A DNA stretch of 62,977 bases, filler included, from Octopus bimaculoides (lineage: Eukaryota): the NCBI RefSeq assembly GCF_001194135.2. It is 9 parts of 7 records of this genome, joined end to end, with 100 filler letters (N's around TTAATTAATTAA, not from the genome) between each part and the next. Parts side by side here need not be neighbours in the genome. Positions count along the whole stretch, not along the records: positions 23,219 to 28,746 come from NC_069002.1; positions 28,847 to 38,439 come from NC_068987.1; positions 38,540 to 42,203 come from NC_068987.1; 6 more parts are not named here. One strand, 5' to 3'. The notes under the pieces are model-generated. The model was not told the origin of the DNA and made no database searches. It saw only the letters and a program-made list of their open reading frames with translations. Shown here in pieces: positions 28,187-42,303 of this stretch. Position 1 is the first letter of the stretch; each line of letters starts with the position of its first letter. A program made the translations under genes and the position numbers.

Positions 28187-28694
28187 TAGATATATACACA
28201 CACATATCATATATGTGCGTAGTGTGTGTGAGTGTGTGCGTGTGTGTGTGTGTAAATATAAAAGAGCGACAATCAAAACAGTATCAAAATTTTCTTTAAA
28301 ATCTCTTTCTCTCTACACGGAAACGTTAACATAAAACCTGACGAAATTTGAAACGAACTACACTGAAATAACGACACAGTAAAGAGATGATAAAATGTAG
28401 TGAAAATCAGCAGCCAATAATGAAAGAACACAAATTATAATGGTATAAAAGAGTGCGGTATAGAAGTATTATTGCAGAATAATAAAGCAAAACAAGAAAA
28501 CAAAAAGGAAAAGATCAGACGTGTTGAAAAGAATTAATGAACTGTGTGTGGTTTGTATTTATATGTATTCATCGTCGTCTATTGTTTTAGAGATAAGTTT
28601 TGAGAGAGAGAAGAAAGGAAAGAGGGATGAGACATCTTCGCACAGAAAGGATATGAACTTCGCTGCACTTATGTAGTAGATTAACCAACAATTA

Positions 28695-28746
<52 letters not shown>

Positions 28747-29193
28747 NNNNNNNNNNNNNNNNNNNNNNNNNNNNNNNNNNNNNNNNNNNNTTAATTAATT
28801 AANNNNNNNNNNNNNNNNNNNNNNNNNNNNNNNNNNNNNNNNNNNNCTTCTTCTTCTTCTTCTTCTTCTTCTTCTTCTTCTTCTTCTTCTTCTTCTTCTT
28901 CTTCTTCTTCGTATTTGTTAGGTAGATTGATTTTTTGTTTGTATTTGTCAGCTTCCTTAAATATTGAAAACAGTTTTTTTCTTTTGCTCATATTTTGTGG
29001 CTATTTGTATTATTATTATTATTGTTCAGTAGTTTTATTTTTATAACGTGCTTTAAAGTCACTACCGAGCGTAGCTCTGTGCGCCTTGGGTATGTGCTGT
29101 GGTTTGCTGTGGTGCTCTTATGTTTACTGTATTGTGCAGCAATTAAAAATCCTTCAGTCTCTGCTCTGAGTCCTGAGCNNNNNNNNNNGTTGG

Positions 29194-29284
<91 letters not shown>

Positions 29285-30715
29285 TATTGTCTTTGCATAG
29301 CTTCTAACACTGGAGATAAACTACGTTGCCAGCTGTTCACTACCACTATTCGGAGAATTCGAGCAGCTCCAAGTAGTGCTCCACCCTTATTGCAGCCCCT
29401 ATTTGTTGAATGTACTTCTCAAGATTTTCCCTCACTGTTCCCAGAGCTTCGAAAATTATTGGTACTACTACGACCATTTTCATCAACCAGTCAATTGCCT
29501 GGCATTTTCTAGCCTCTTTGTCCGCTACTACTAAATCAGACCTACTATGTTTTATTCCACTGCCAGTCTGATTTTTTAATTTGTACATCTTACTAGTTTC
29601 ATGCTCATATCATTTGTCAGTAAGATCAACTCCTAATTTCTTTTCATAAATCCCAGTGAATTGTTATCCCTAGTTTACCATGAGGTTTCCTGTATTCTTT
29701 CTGTGCCAGCATGGTACATTCACTTATGATATAAATAATACTTACCTCTTTTGATTTCCATATCCTACATTCGGAATGTACTTGTTTTTTGGGGTTTTTT
29801 TATCCTTTCTTGACTTTTATCGAATTAATTCTCGACGTTTTATATTGTGCTTTTGCGGACAAACTTCCTGCAACTAGTTTTGAGAATATATCATTCAAAG
29901 ACTTCTCTCGCCTGTCAGATAATCCTTTTCCTCTTTTCTGGTATTTAACTTCATTTGACATTCTGGTTTCCCTAGATCCTACTGTTAATCTAAAAGCTCT
30001 GAATAAACTTCTTCGCATTTTACCTACATGGGAAGCTGTATCTACTCTAGCTAAATCCACGCTATTTTATACAGATATTAAGCCTCTACCACGATCCTTT
30101 CTAGGTAAGTATAGTCTTGCTACTGGTTTTCTTTTTTCTCATAAATTCCTCCATTCATATCGGATTTCTTTCTGGTTTTCTGTCTAGATATGCTAATTCA
30201 GATTTTGTCCAATCTAAACAAAAGCCGCACAATTATCTATGCCATTCTCATGCATATATTTTCGCTAAAATTTCTTATGTATCACGGAATCTATCTCATT
30301 TTCATTCTTACTAAAAAGCTTCAGATAATGCATCAAGAGTATATGGTTAATTTGTTCTTAACTATCCCTAAACTGATGCCCTGCTGTTGCCTTAACACTA
30401 ATCAGAGGCGAATTAAGCATAATATAAATATTAAAGGAGATAACGAGTCTCTTTGAAACATTCCCTTCTTGATATTAACTTTTCCTAACGCTATGTCACC
30501 TGAGTATCGAACTATCGTCCATTCATGCTACCGATAATTAACTCTCTTATCCTTTCTGTAATACTTGCTATACTCAAACATTCACTTATCTATGTTAGCT
30601 AAATCATATCATTGACTTTCATATAATCTATTCATGCTATGGTTAAATATTTCTTTCTCGATCTCACCTATTTTAGAACTGATTTGTCTGTTTTAAAATG
30701 ATAGAGTAAGACATA
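29285..30715 (-). mobile_element. Second, more decayed R4/Dong-like element
   Basis: Minus-strand remnants include YLTIAWIDY, ALGKVNIKKGMFQRDS, DWTKSELAYLDRK, RLYLPRKDRGRGLIS, SDLVVADKEARKCQAID and VVPIIFEALGTV, colinear with the 3764-5890 copy. The 3' end runs into a long (TAA)n at 29190-29285. Confidence 0.8.
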
Positions 30716-30755
30716 GGCAAACTATATTTTTTAAGTGAAGTCACATTTATTAATG

Positions 30756-31175
30756 ACTAGCAGTATAGCCCCTCTTTGCCCGGGATTAAGTTAGGATTAT
30801 TAAGCTGATCAAGTTCTTTATTTCAAACCAAACTAAGTTACATGGTCGTCAAATTTGGGCAGAATCAGTATCGCTACGGGCGCGTATGGGTTGGGAGTTT
30901 GATTGGTAGAGGTGATCAGATTACACATGCCAGCGCTTTGAAAACACCACCCCATCATCCAACCCCTCTTTGCCCATGGGTTGGGAACCCTTTCAGCAAG
31001 TAAAATAGAATGCCCAAAAGGGCTCCCGATTCTCTGTGTCAGAAGCGGTTATGTTCAGATCACAACCAAGTCTTAAGTATATATATATATATATATGATC
31101 AACCCACACATACACACACAGACGTGCACGCGCACGCGCACACACAAACGTCCTGCGTTTATATATACAGATGAT
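30756..31175 (+). mobile_element. Helitron/Helentron-like non-autonomous element
   Basis: Starts ACTAGCAGTATAGCCCCTCTTTGCCCGGG, has an internal microsatellite, and ends ...cgtttatatatacagat, a DINE-1/HINE-like layout. Confidence 0.4.
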
Positions 31176-31409
31176 TTTCAAAATTGATGCATATATAAGA
31201 ATTTCACGCACTCCTATTGATACATTTTAGTGTAGGTTTCCAAACCAGGTACAAAGAAAGGTTCCCCTATAGCTGTAACTATGAATGTCCAGCGGGCGCG
31301 GTCGATACGACTCCGAAGCCGTGATCTATGAGACTGTCGTGGTCTTTGGTGGTACCAGTAAGAACAACAGTAGCAGCAGAACAGCCAAAACAGCAACATC
31401 AATAATGTA

Positions 31410-31800
31410 CGGAATCATACATGGAAATATGCTATTCCAACCTTTAAGCTGAATCTAATTAACCGTAGGACCTCTTCTAGGATCTCTCAACATTACAGCA
31501 TTGGTCAACTATATATGGCGTTTAAAAGAGCAGAGATTAAATGGAGACTCATGCAACATAGTAGACCATACTTCAACGGCAGCTGACTGATGATGCACAC
31601 ATCGATTGTCCGAAGGGAAATGATCCTAAAATCTCGGTTGATCTAAGTCCCTTCTTAATTCAAATGTGAGGTTTCCAGTCTGTGCCCCATGATTGAAATT
31701 TCGAAAAGGAAATGGAGTTGTCCCTACTTGTTGATTAAGAACGGAAAACGAACATTATCTGACCGTTTTCTGACAGAAATGGAACCATTCAAAAGGAGTC
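31410..31800 (-). mobile_element. Highly decayed LINE RT C-terminal remnant (tentative)
   Basis: Weak motifs only: IMGHRLETS, AVEVWS, GWNSIFP. Confidence 0.3.
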
Positions 31801-32062
31801 AGTTCCAGGACTCCCAGAGTTTGCTTAAGTTTGTTATTTTTTTTCCCCCACAAACTGACTAAGTCTGTTTTTTGACCTACATTAGTAAAGAGGATACTGC
31901 CACCCGTCAGCAGGTTTCATGCGTCACATATATTGCAATAAAAGACGTGAAACTAAAGGTACTTTTCTGACCGACCATAACTAGCGAGCACGTAAAATAT
32001 TACATAAAATGTTTCTTTCGGATTTATGGAGAGTTGGCGATATATATAAATGTATATATATA

Positions 32063-32102
<40 letters not shown>

Positions 32103-34980
32103 CATACATACATAAATATGCATGCATACGTATGTGTATATATACATATGCGTATGTGTATGTATTTCTTTACAGGTGTTACTACTCTCTACATGTATAT
32201 TTACAGCGTTTGTACCAAGTTAATGTATGTCTTTCAGCGTCTGTAATTGCATAAATGTATTAATTTCGGTCAGTAAACATGTGCGAGGTGGTAGACTGCA
32301 TATTACAACATGCTATTTATTCTTGTAGTTTATAATAAGAGAATTTTTTATATTTTCTTCTTTACATTTCATTGTCGTCTGGAACTAAATGAGAAAATAA
32401 ACAGATCGTTTCTCATTCAAAAAAAGAAATTTCATCATTTGTAAAATAATTTGTTATATATTTAAACGAAATACTTTACATCTCAAAATTCAATTTCACC
32501 AACAATGCCATATTGTGTTATATATCTAATTCTAAACATTACAGATTCGTGAAATAAGATTTTGTTTAAAAAAAAAAGGCAAATACAATTTCTGTTACAC
32601 ATATAATTTGTTTTATTGAAATTTTCCTTATATTGTAAATGGAAAAAAAATATATACGTATATTTTACATGAAGCAATATATCTCAGTAGAGTTATCGAG
32701 TCACATAAGAAACTACGAAGCATGAATAAATGGCAATAGAATTAATTTTCTATTACTCTTTTCAAAGACATGACTGCGATGATTCCTTGATGCAATTTCA
32801 TGGTGGATTACACATGAAATTTGTCATTGTATTCTTTTGTACGCTTAAGCCCTGTGAAATAAAGGAAACCGTGTTGAGTAATGATAACGAGTCACAAAAG
32901 TATTCTTTTTATATATTCGATGTATTGAAACATATATTTGAGGATATTTATGCGAACTAAATGACAAGATTTTTCTCAGTTTATGTATTTTTTAAGATGT
33001 CGCTCAATGAGGCGTATACACGTATATTTTCCTTTTACCCTGGTGAACATAGGTCGGTGTTATACTTACGAGCATAATTAGATGCCATAGCGATTATCGA
33101 CAATTTTTTAAACTATTCTTTTAAGTCTTTAAAAAGTTTTCCAATCTTCTTTTAAAGAAAACCTTTCATATACATTCCGTAGTCCATGTTTAGAAAGCAC
33201 AATGGATATATTTTTCGATTCATCTATTTTTATGTATGAAACACGTGTGTCTCATTTGAAACTTCTCTTTATACCACAGCAAGATAATATAATATTACGC
33301 AGCAATTCACCGAGTTGTGTGTACCACAGGGAAGCGTTGCACGCCATAAGCTATGAAGAATCACCAATAAGTTTGACTTCAGATATTTCTTCAGACATGA
33401 TAGAATTGCTAATAAATTAGTTCCGTATTCAGTTGTTTCAAAGTCACAATATAATTAAAGTGTACATGAACGATCAGCGTGCAATAGAAGCAGAATTTCC
33501 TGCATTAATATGTCGGAAGTTAACTTTAAGTGTATGAATTCAGTACTTCGCGAAATGTTATCAGCCGTGAAGATGTACTGAAATCGTTATCCACGGAGCG
33601 TAATAATCAGCAAGTAGACTCCCCTTTCCATTAGCATTTCTTTTCCTTTTTTTTTGTACCTCTCGATATTTACTGGTGCAGAAACGTAAAACGAAGAATT
33701 AAATTATCTTTCAACACCTGATTACCTCATTTTATATCCAAATTTAATAGCGCAATATATACACACTCACATTAATGTTCACGTCCTGTTATCTTTAAAG
33801 CTACCAATAGCATACTGCTGTAGATTAAGGCAAATATATCCTACAATATATAACTACAACTATTTGTATATCTAACACTATGATAATTTATCATTTTTTT
33901 TCAACTCACACCAACAAAACATTTTATATCCAGATTGCAATGGAAGTTCGCTGGAACCATTGGGTGAATATTACACAGTGTTTACGCATATAGCAATTAT
34001 AAAGACCGTTAATAAGTACACAGTATTCGAAGGAAACAGTACAGTCCCAATCAGCTTTAAATGGTTTACCAAACAGGAGATAGTAATGTCAGAGTTTAGG
34101 TGTAGCACTGCTAACTAAAGCAGATGGTTCCAGTAGATTTACTGAATTACCACAAGTAAAATGAAATTGTATTAGCAAGACCGACACATAAAAATCTACG
34201 AAACAAACGTAAAAAGAAACACAGAAGTCGTCCACCGTCATATTGTTCCACACTATTTTTGTCGGCAAATTTAATTTCATGCATTTAGTAAACCCTATAG
34301 AATTTCACCACGTATTGAGCGCCAAATGGAAGTAGTTGCGAAGCGACTTATTTTCGGAACTCTGATATATTTCTATATCTGGAGATATATTGTTAGTCAA
34401 AACATTTGTAAATCTTTGTTTTTTATTTTGGTTCAATCAATTCGAAGAATAATTTTTTCAGCAGACAGTTACTTAAAGGATGTGTTAGCCTCATAAAGGG
34501 ATGATTACATCTAAGGAAAGATTGGTTCTAAACCTAGTATTTTTGGGAAATGAAATTTCCTTAAACAAATAAGTATATATTAAGAATATAATTCATGTTC
34601 AGTTAATTGAAGGAAAGAAAATAGAGGGTTAAAAGTTAATAATTATCTATTATTAAAATATTGGTAATCTTTATTTCTTCCAGCTGTTTCCATTTGTGCT
34701 CAATAGGTAAATTACAAATTTATCCTTAAGATATTACATGCCGACCTATTCGTCCGTGCAAGCAGACTAAATATGAGGCGTTATTATTTGTATTAGTATG
34801 TATGGGTGCAGGAGTAACGGATTAATTTGAATATAGTGAGTAGTAGAGTAAAGAATAAGATAGAATACAATAGAAAAGAAAATAATGTAAAAATGGAAAT
34901 AAAATAAAATGAAGGAAATTTTAAATAAATAAGATAAATGTAAAATGAATTAAATAAAAAGACAGAAACATTCACTTGTA

Positions 34981-35030
<50 letters not shown>

Positions 35031-35356
35031 NNNNNNNNNNNNNNNNNNNNNNNNNNNNNNNNNNNNNNNNNNNNNNNNNNNNNNNNNNNNNNNNNNNNNN
35101 NNNNNNNNNNNNNNNNNNNNNNNNNNNNNNNNNNNNNNNNNNNNNNNNNNNNNNNNNNNNNNNNNNNNNNNNNNNNNNNNNNNNNNNNNNNNNNNNNNNN
35201 NNNNNNNNNNNNNNNNNNNNNNNNNNNNNNNNNNNNNNNNNNNNNNNNNNNNNNNNNNNNNNNNNNNNNNNNNNNNNNNNNNNNNNNNNNNNNNNNNNNN
35301 NNNNNNNNNNNNNNNNNNNNNNNNNNNNNNNNNNNNNNNNNNNNNNNNNNNNNNNN

Positions 35357-38300
35357 GTACAATTCCTTCCAGGATCTTCCAGATGTATATTACTGCATAC
35401 CTCTCCCGCCTTCTCTCCAGGGAGTAGAGTCTTAGCTGTTTCAGCCTTTCCCAGTAACTGAGCAGTTGCAAAGAGACAATCTTCTTTGTGAATTTTCTCT
35501 GGATTGCTTCAAGGTCTGTTGTTAATTTCACACTGCTGGGTGACCACAGTTGTGAGCAGTAAACCAGGCGGTGGAGGACGAATGTCCTCCAGAGGATCAT
35601 CATGGTTTCCTTATCTCTGGTTCTGAATGTTCTCAGGATCCATCCATCCAATCGTCTGCCATCCTGGTAATGCGCACTTGGAAAGAGGCATCATCACTCA
35701 TGTCGATACCCAGGTCTCTCACTGATTTAGGCTCTGGGATTGAAATTCCCTGCGGACCAGTGTACTCTGCAAGTTTCATATTCGGTTTTGCGCGTTGGTA
35801 ACGCAGGGCTTGGAAATTTTCAGCATTGAACTGCATATTATTATCCTCAACCCATCTGTAAACTGAGTGCAACTCCTGCTGCAGGTGTGCAATATCACTG
35901 GAGTTCTGTATTATCTGCGAGACTTTCGTATCGTTTGCGTAGCTTGCAAGTGTGGCTATCCGGGCACTTGAAGGCATATCTGAGAGAGCGACTATAAAAA
36001 GCAATGGTCCCAAGACAGTGCCCTGTGGAACACCGGTCATTATTTGTGTTTTCATAGAGGTGGCTCCATTAGCCACTACTGCCTGACTTCTATCTTTAAG
36101 AAAGTCATGTAACCACACTCCAGGTTTTCCAGCTATGCCAAGATCACGCAGTTTGTGGCATATCACACCATCATCCACTTTGTCAAAAGCTTTTGCAAAA
36201 TCAAGGTATATTACATCCACATTTGAGTTGTTGAGTAACTGCCTCAACACCCAGNNNNNNNNNNNNNNNNNNNNNNNNNNNNNNNNNNNNNNNNNNNNNN
36301 NNNNNNNNNNNNNNNNNNNNNNNNNNNNNNNNNNNNNNNNAAGGAATGCAATTAGTTTTCCTCTGACTATCCTTTCCATGACTTTGCTGATGTGTGAAGT
36401 CAGAGAGATAGGCCTATAGTTTTTGGCATCTGCTCTGCTTCCCCCTTTATGGATTGGGCATATTATTCCCTCCTTCAGCTTGTTTGGCAGTCTGCCGTTT
36501 GCGAGAAAGCTCTGGAAGAGGATCTGGAGGGGTTTTGCCAAGGCATGTTTACACGATTTAAGGAGGATAGCTGGGAAACCATCAGGGCCAGCAGTTGAGT
36601 TTGTGTCCACTTCATGTATAGATAGTAGTACATCTTCTTCGCTAATGTTGATGTATTCCATTGTAGCTGCCTCACAGGTTATAGAAGAGGTAGCAAAGAA
36701 GTCTACTGGTTCGTTCACGTGTCTGTGCTCCAATGGAGTGGTGAAGACACTTTTGAATTGCTTATTCAGTACCTCACTTATCCTACTTGGACTGTCTGTG
36801 AGGGAGCCATCCTCTTCGGAGAGGGGTCCAATCTTGCAGCGTACTGAGGCTGTTTCTTTTGCGTAATGAAAGAAGGCCTTTGGGTTTGACTTAATGTTTT
36901 TTATAACCCAGGCTTCTTTGTCTGCTCTCTCTCTCACATAGGATTGTTGCAGCCTTTTTTCAATCTCCATCAGTGTCGTTTTTAGGCGGGACCTGTGGCC
37001 ATTCTTGGGATGCTGGTTGAGTTGATTTGCAATTTTCGTCCGTCGTCTCATGAGGATCTTCCTCTCCCTTGGAATCTTGTTCCTATTTCTTTTGGCCTTG
37101 TGCTCTGGCACATATTTCTGGCATATGGCTTGCACAGTGGACATGAAACATTCTAGTTTCATGTCAATGTCTGGTGTGGAGAGACATTTTGGCCAATCCT
37201 CTCTGAGGATCTCNNNNNNNNNNNNNNNNNNNNNNNNNNNNNNNNNNNNNNNNNNNNNNNNNNNNNNNNNNNNNNNNNNNNNNNNNNNNNNNNNNNNNNN
37301 NNNNNNNNNNNNNNNNNNNNNNNNNNNNNNNNNNNNNNNNNNNNNNNNNNNNNNNNNNNNNNNNNNNNNNNNNNNNNNNNNNNNNNNNNNNNNNNNNNNN
37401 NNNNNNNNNNNNNNNNNNNNNNNNNNNNNNNNNNNNNNNNNNNNNNNNNNNNNNNNNNNNNNNNNNNNNNNNNNNNNNNNNNNNNNNNNNNNNNNNNNNN
37501 NNNNNNNNNNNNNNNNNNNNNNNNNNNNNNNNNNNNNNNNNNNNNNNNNNNNNNNNNNNNNNNNNNNNNNNNNNNNNNNNNNNNNNNNNNNNNNNNNNNN
37601 NNNNNNNNNNNNNNNNNNNNNNNNNNNNNNNNNNNNNNNNNNNNNNNNNNNNNNNNNNNNNNNNNNNNNNNNNNNNNNNNNNNNNNNNNNNNNNNNNNNN
37701 NNNNNNNNNNNNNNNNNNNNNNNNNNNNNNNNNNNNNNNNNNNNNNNNNNNNNNNNNNNNNNNNNNNNNNNNNNCATGAGGATTTCTTTAATTCTAGTGA
37801 GGCAATCTTCAAATTTGCCTATGTGGTTTGGAGCATCCGGTGGGCAATATGTATTGCATATGACTATATTATGTTGTCTTATGTATACAATTTGGGTGTC
37901 GCATACCGAATTTGAGTATGACAGTAAGACCTGGTGTGTGAGGTCGTCACGGATGTATACAGCAACTCCACCATGGCTCCTTTCCCTTCTGTCTGTTCGC
38001 AGTATGACATATTTTGGTACTTGTACTTCTGCATCCTCTATATCAGGGCTGAGGTGAGTTTCCACGAGTGCTATGCGTAGGGCTTGATTGCATGCAGCAA
38101 TATCTCTCAGGAAAGAAATTTTGCTTTTATTATTATAATGCAACAGGCCCCCCATATTTAGTAAAAATATTGGCGTGATGCCTGTGCAAGCGTTAGGGGA
38201 GGCCATCCCATGTCTGTTGACTGTAGTGGTCTTGCGCAGTAGGGCGCAAGGTTCCTCGTCTGTGCTTGGCGTAGCCATGTCACCTGCTGCACAATCTTTT

Positions 38301-38420
38301 GCGCCATGCACAAAAAAGACTCTTGCTCAGCTGCTGCGTTGCGTATGATTTCTGAAGAGCGCACGTCCTTGAATTTTCTCCTCGGGGACATCTGTCGTCT
38401 TTCCTCAGGGAAGTTTTTAT
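35357..38420 (-). mobile_element. CR1/L2-type LINE: ORF2 (APE endonuclease plus RT) with gaps, and an ORF1 tail
   Basis: The APE region reads LLNMGGL, LVETHL and RTDRRERSHGGVAVYI. The RT region reads GPDGFP, NYRPISLTSHISKVMER, YLDFAKAFDKV, GVPQGTVLGPLLF and YANDTK. After a frameshift near 35640 it continues LVYCSQLWSP...LYSLERRRER. Confidence 0.93.
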
Positions 38421-38539
38421 CCTTTAAACCTTTGTAGTTNNNNNNNNNNNNNNNNNNNNNNNNNNNNNNNNNNNNNNNNNNNNTTAATTAATTAANNNNN
38501 NNNNNNNNNNNNNNNNNNNNNNNNNNNNNNNNNNNNNNN

Positions 38540-38980
38540 GCATGTGTGTGTGGGTGTTTGTGTGTGAATGTGTGTGTGCATGTGTGTGTGGGTGTGTGAA
38601 TGTGTGTGTGGGTGTTTGTGTCTGAATGTGTGTGTTTGGGCATGTGTGTGTGTGGGCATGTGTGTGTGTGTGTGTGTTTGTATGTGAATGTGTGTGTATG
38701 TGTGCATGTGTGCGTGTGCGCATGTATATGTGTATTTGTGTGTATGTGTATGTGTATGAGTGTGTGCCCGCATGTGTGTGGGTGTTTATGTCTGAATGTG
38801 TGTGTGCATGTGGGTGTGTGGTTGTGTGTGTGTGCATGTGTGTGCGCACGCATCTGTGTGTGTGTGCTTGTGTGTGTGGCTGTTTGTGTTTGCATGTGTG
38901 TGTGCGCGCATGTGTGTGTGCGCGCATGTGTGTGTGTGTATGTTTTAGCATTTATGTCTGTGTGTATGTATTCATCTGTG
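38540..38980. repeat. Cryptic (TG)n-rich low-complexity tract
   Basis: Seen directly; it is the source of the spurious His/Thr and Cys/Val ORFs. Confidence 0.95.
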
Positions 38981-40278
38981 CTTGTTTGTAAGAGCGTTTG
39001 CACGGTCGTGTTTGTGACGCCGTGTGACTCTATTGCATTTAAACGTGTCTCTTTCTTGTGTGCATATTGTATGAGTTGACGGCTGTTTTAAGATGCATAT
39101 CCATCCGAACAACCATACATGCATACAGACATTCATCCATTGATCAATCCCCCCATCCATCTCTCTCTCTACACACACATACACACACACACACACACGC
39201 ACACACACACACACACAGACACACACACACACACATATAAAGTTGAAATTTGATTTGGAGAATAAATCGGAACACACGATAAGCGCTACAGCTGAGAAAC
39301 TGGCTACCTGATCACACGGTAATTAAATTACGACATAAATAACTGAATTTTGCAACTGAAAATTCCAGATGCATGAACAGTAATATTTTCACTGAATAAT
39401 ATTAAAAAAAGAAAATGTTGGAGGCAAAAAAATGGACAAAATTTAAGGATTTAATATTTNNNNNNNNNNNNNNNNNNNNNNNNNNNNNNNNNNNNNNNNN
39501 NNNNNNNNNNNNNNNNNNNNNNNNNNNNNNNNNNNNNNNNNNNNNNNNNNNNNNNNNNNNNNNNNNNNNNNNNNNNNNNNNNNNNNNNNNNNNNNNNNNN
39601 NNNNNNNNNNNNNNNNNNNNNNNNNNNNNNNNNNNNNNNNNNNNNNNNNNNNNNNNNNNNNNNNNNNNNNNNNNNNNNNNNNNNNNNNNNNNNNNNNNNN
39701 NNNNNNNNNNNNNNNNNNNNNNNNNNNNNNNNNNNNNNNNNNNNNNNNNNNNNNNNNNNNNNNNNNNNNNNNNNNNNNNNNNNNNNNNNNNNNNNNNNNN
39801 NNNNNNNNNNNNNNNNNNNNNNNNNNNNNNNNNNNNNNNNNNNNNNNNNNNNNNNNNNNNNNNNNNNNNNNNNNNNNNNNNNNNNNNNNNNNNNNNNNNN
39901 NNNNNNNNNNNNNNNNNNNNNNNNNNNNNNNNNNNNNNNNNNNNNNNNNNNNNNNNNNNNNNNNNNNNNNNNNNNNNNNNNNNNNNNNNNNNNNNNNNNN
40001 NNNNNNNNNNNNNNNNNNNNNNNNNNNNNNNNNNNNNNNNNNNNNNNNNNNNNNNNNNNNNNNNNNNNNNNNNNNNNNNNNNNNNNNNNNNNNNNNNNNN
40101 NNNNNNNNNNNNNNNNNNNNNNNNNNNNNNNNNNNNNNNNNNNNNNNNNNNNNNNNNNNNNNNNNNNNNNNNNNNNNNNNNNNNNNNNNNNNNNNNNNNN
40201 NNNNNNNNNNNNNNNNNNNNNNNNNNNNNNNNNNNNNNNNNNNNNNNNNNNNNNNNNNNNNNNNNNNNNNNNNNNNNN

Positions 40279-40313
<35 letters not shown>

Positions 40314-40599
40314 ACATGCATACATATATGCATACAGACATATGCGAACTTAGAATTAAAATCTTCCACAGTAAAGAATTCGCGTAGCTGCAGTATTTTG
40401 ACCAAGACAGGAGCGCTACCTTCAATAGTGTTCTTGGAAGAATTGAAGATTTATATATAGTATTATAATATATATATGTATGTGTGTGTGCATGTATGTG
40501 TGTATGTCTGTATGTGAGTGTGTGTGCGTGTATGTGTTTGAAAATATGGCTGTCGTATGGTAAGTAAAGTCCTGACAATTTGGACCTTACACAGGTTTA

Positions 40600-41880
40600 A
40601 TGGTGTAACGTGATTCACTAAGATTCATAGATTTATCCACAACTTTACTACCTCTGGCGTATTGATGAAGAAAATACGTAAGCTTTAAATCAGTAGCAAG
40701 ATGTAATATAGGTCTCTGATGAGATGAGCTTGAACTCACCGACGGTTTCTGATGGTTTTCCAGCAATTCTTTTAAAGACATTCGAAGATGCCCTGGAAAA
40801 ACTACTTCGGGTAATTTTCCAGAGATTCACTGCACAGGACGAAATTCCTAAAATGGTGTATAATCTGCTTTTTTTTATTTACAAAAGCGGAAGCTGAGTT
40901 GATAGTAAAAATTACAGGCCCATTTCTAGTCTCACACATCAGCTTAGTCATGAAAAGCATTCGTAGAAGAAAACGACTCACTGGCCTGCAACACGGCTTC
41001 CGTCCATAAAGCTTTACACAATTACTCTAACATTACGACGAGGTACTGTAACAACAACCCATGCAGGAGTGAGATATGAACAGTATATGGACGTGATATA
41101 TCTCTAGTTTACTAAGAGCATCGTTAAAGTTGATCACAAAATGATATGACATGTACTGCATGATTCCGGCGTAGCTGGAAAACTAGAGAAGTGGCTGCAT
41201 GACCTTTTAAAAGATGGGAGTGAGGATTTTGCAGTCAAAGGTGTTCTGTCTGAAGAGACGTCAGATCCTAACGGAATCTCACAGTAAATGTCAGTGAATT
41301 TCACAGTTCTGGGACCACTCTTGAGTCTCTCAGACATGCTCGCTCCCTGTCAATCGCTCTTACTAGCTACGCATATCATACAAGAGAATCACACGCTGTC
41401 AAGTACCCAGATGCGAACACAAAACCGCTGATAACTCTGACCGTGATATACAAGTGGTCTTAGGCGGCGAGCTTGCAGAACCGTCAGGACACCGGGCAAA
41501 ATACTTAGCGACATTTCATCCGTCTCCACGTTCTGAGTTCAGATTCCGCCGACGTCGACTTTGCATTTCATCTCGGGCAGGGTCTATAAATTATGCACCA
41601 GTCATTTACTGGGAGGGATGTAATCAACTGACTACCTCCCTCGAAATTGCTGGCATTGTGCCAAAATTTGAGACCAATTTATAATTGGGTTCAAGAGAAC
41701 AAAATGCAGTTCAATGTTGAGAGATTTGAAGTGCTTTGCTAGAAGCCCATAAACCAATTGACATCATAATACACAGGGCTAGTATTTTTGCACTCACGGG
41801 GTCCCAATGTGTGTCATCTTGAAATCCACATGAGTAATGACGCATCATTCCGTATGCATATTAATAAGATGGCGACAATG
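40600..41880 (+). mobile_element. Older decayed copy of the same LINE RT, interrupted by a SINE
   Basis: DGFPAILLK, KNYRPIS, QHGFR, DVIYL, GVAGKLEKWLHD, TVLGPLL and MSNDASF, colinear with the 35600-36600 copy. Confidence 0.75.
41463..41675 (+). mobile_element. SINE family A inserted in a LINE remnant
   Basis: GGCGGCGAGCTTGCAGAACCG...GAGTTCAGATTCCGCCGACGTCGAC. Confidence 0.85.
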
Positions 41881-41889
41881 TGTTGGTGT

Positions 41890-41904
41890 CTGTCTGGCTG
41901 TCTG

Positions 41905-41974
<70 letters not shown>

Positions 41975-42020
41975 ATTTGTCTGTCTGCCTGTATGTCTGT
42001 TTGTCTGACTATCTATCTGC

Positions 42021-42068
<48 letters not shown>

Positions 42069-42075
42069 TTATCTA
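41890..42075. repeat. (TCTA)n tetranucleotide microsatellite
   Basis: Seen directly. Confidence 0.95.
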
Positions 42076-42303
42076 TGAAAGTTTCAATAAAAAATGGGTA
42101 AATGTGGCAAGAATGGTAAGAATGAAAGACGACACTATTTTAAGCATAGACTTGTAACAAAAAGAGACAAAAAGAGAGAAGGTACTTACTTTCATGTACC
42201 TTTNNNNNNNNNNNNNNNNNNNNNNNNNNNNNNNNNNNNNNNNNNNNTTAATTAATTAANNNNNNNNNNNNNNNNNNNNNNNNNNNNNNNNNNNNNNNNN
42301 NNN

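Noticed and set aside
31236-31357. Plus-strand AG...GTAAGA-bounded segment (FQTRYKERFPYSCNYECPAG...)
   Set aside because: There are stops in all three frames before the donor, and no recognisable homology.
34089-34141. Possible terminal exon of the DYDC-like gene (VNLLEPSALVSSATPKL*)
   Set aside because: It has a weak acceptor, its phase 1 start does not fit the phase 0 donor without an unseen exon, and it shows no homology.
38484-39079. His/Thr-rich and Cys/Val-rich ORFs
   Set aside because: They are translations of (CA/TG)n low-complexity DNA.
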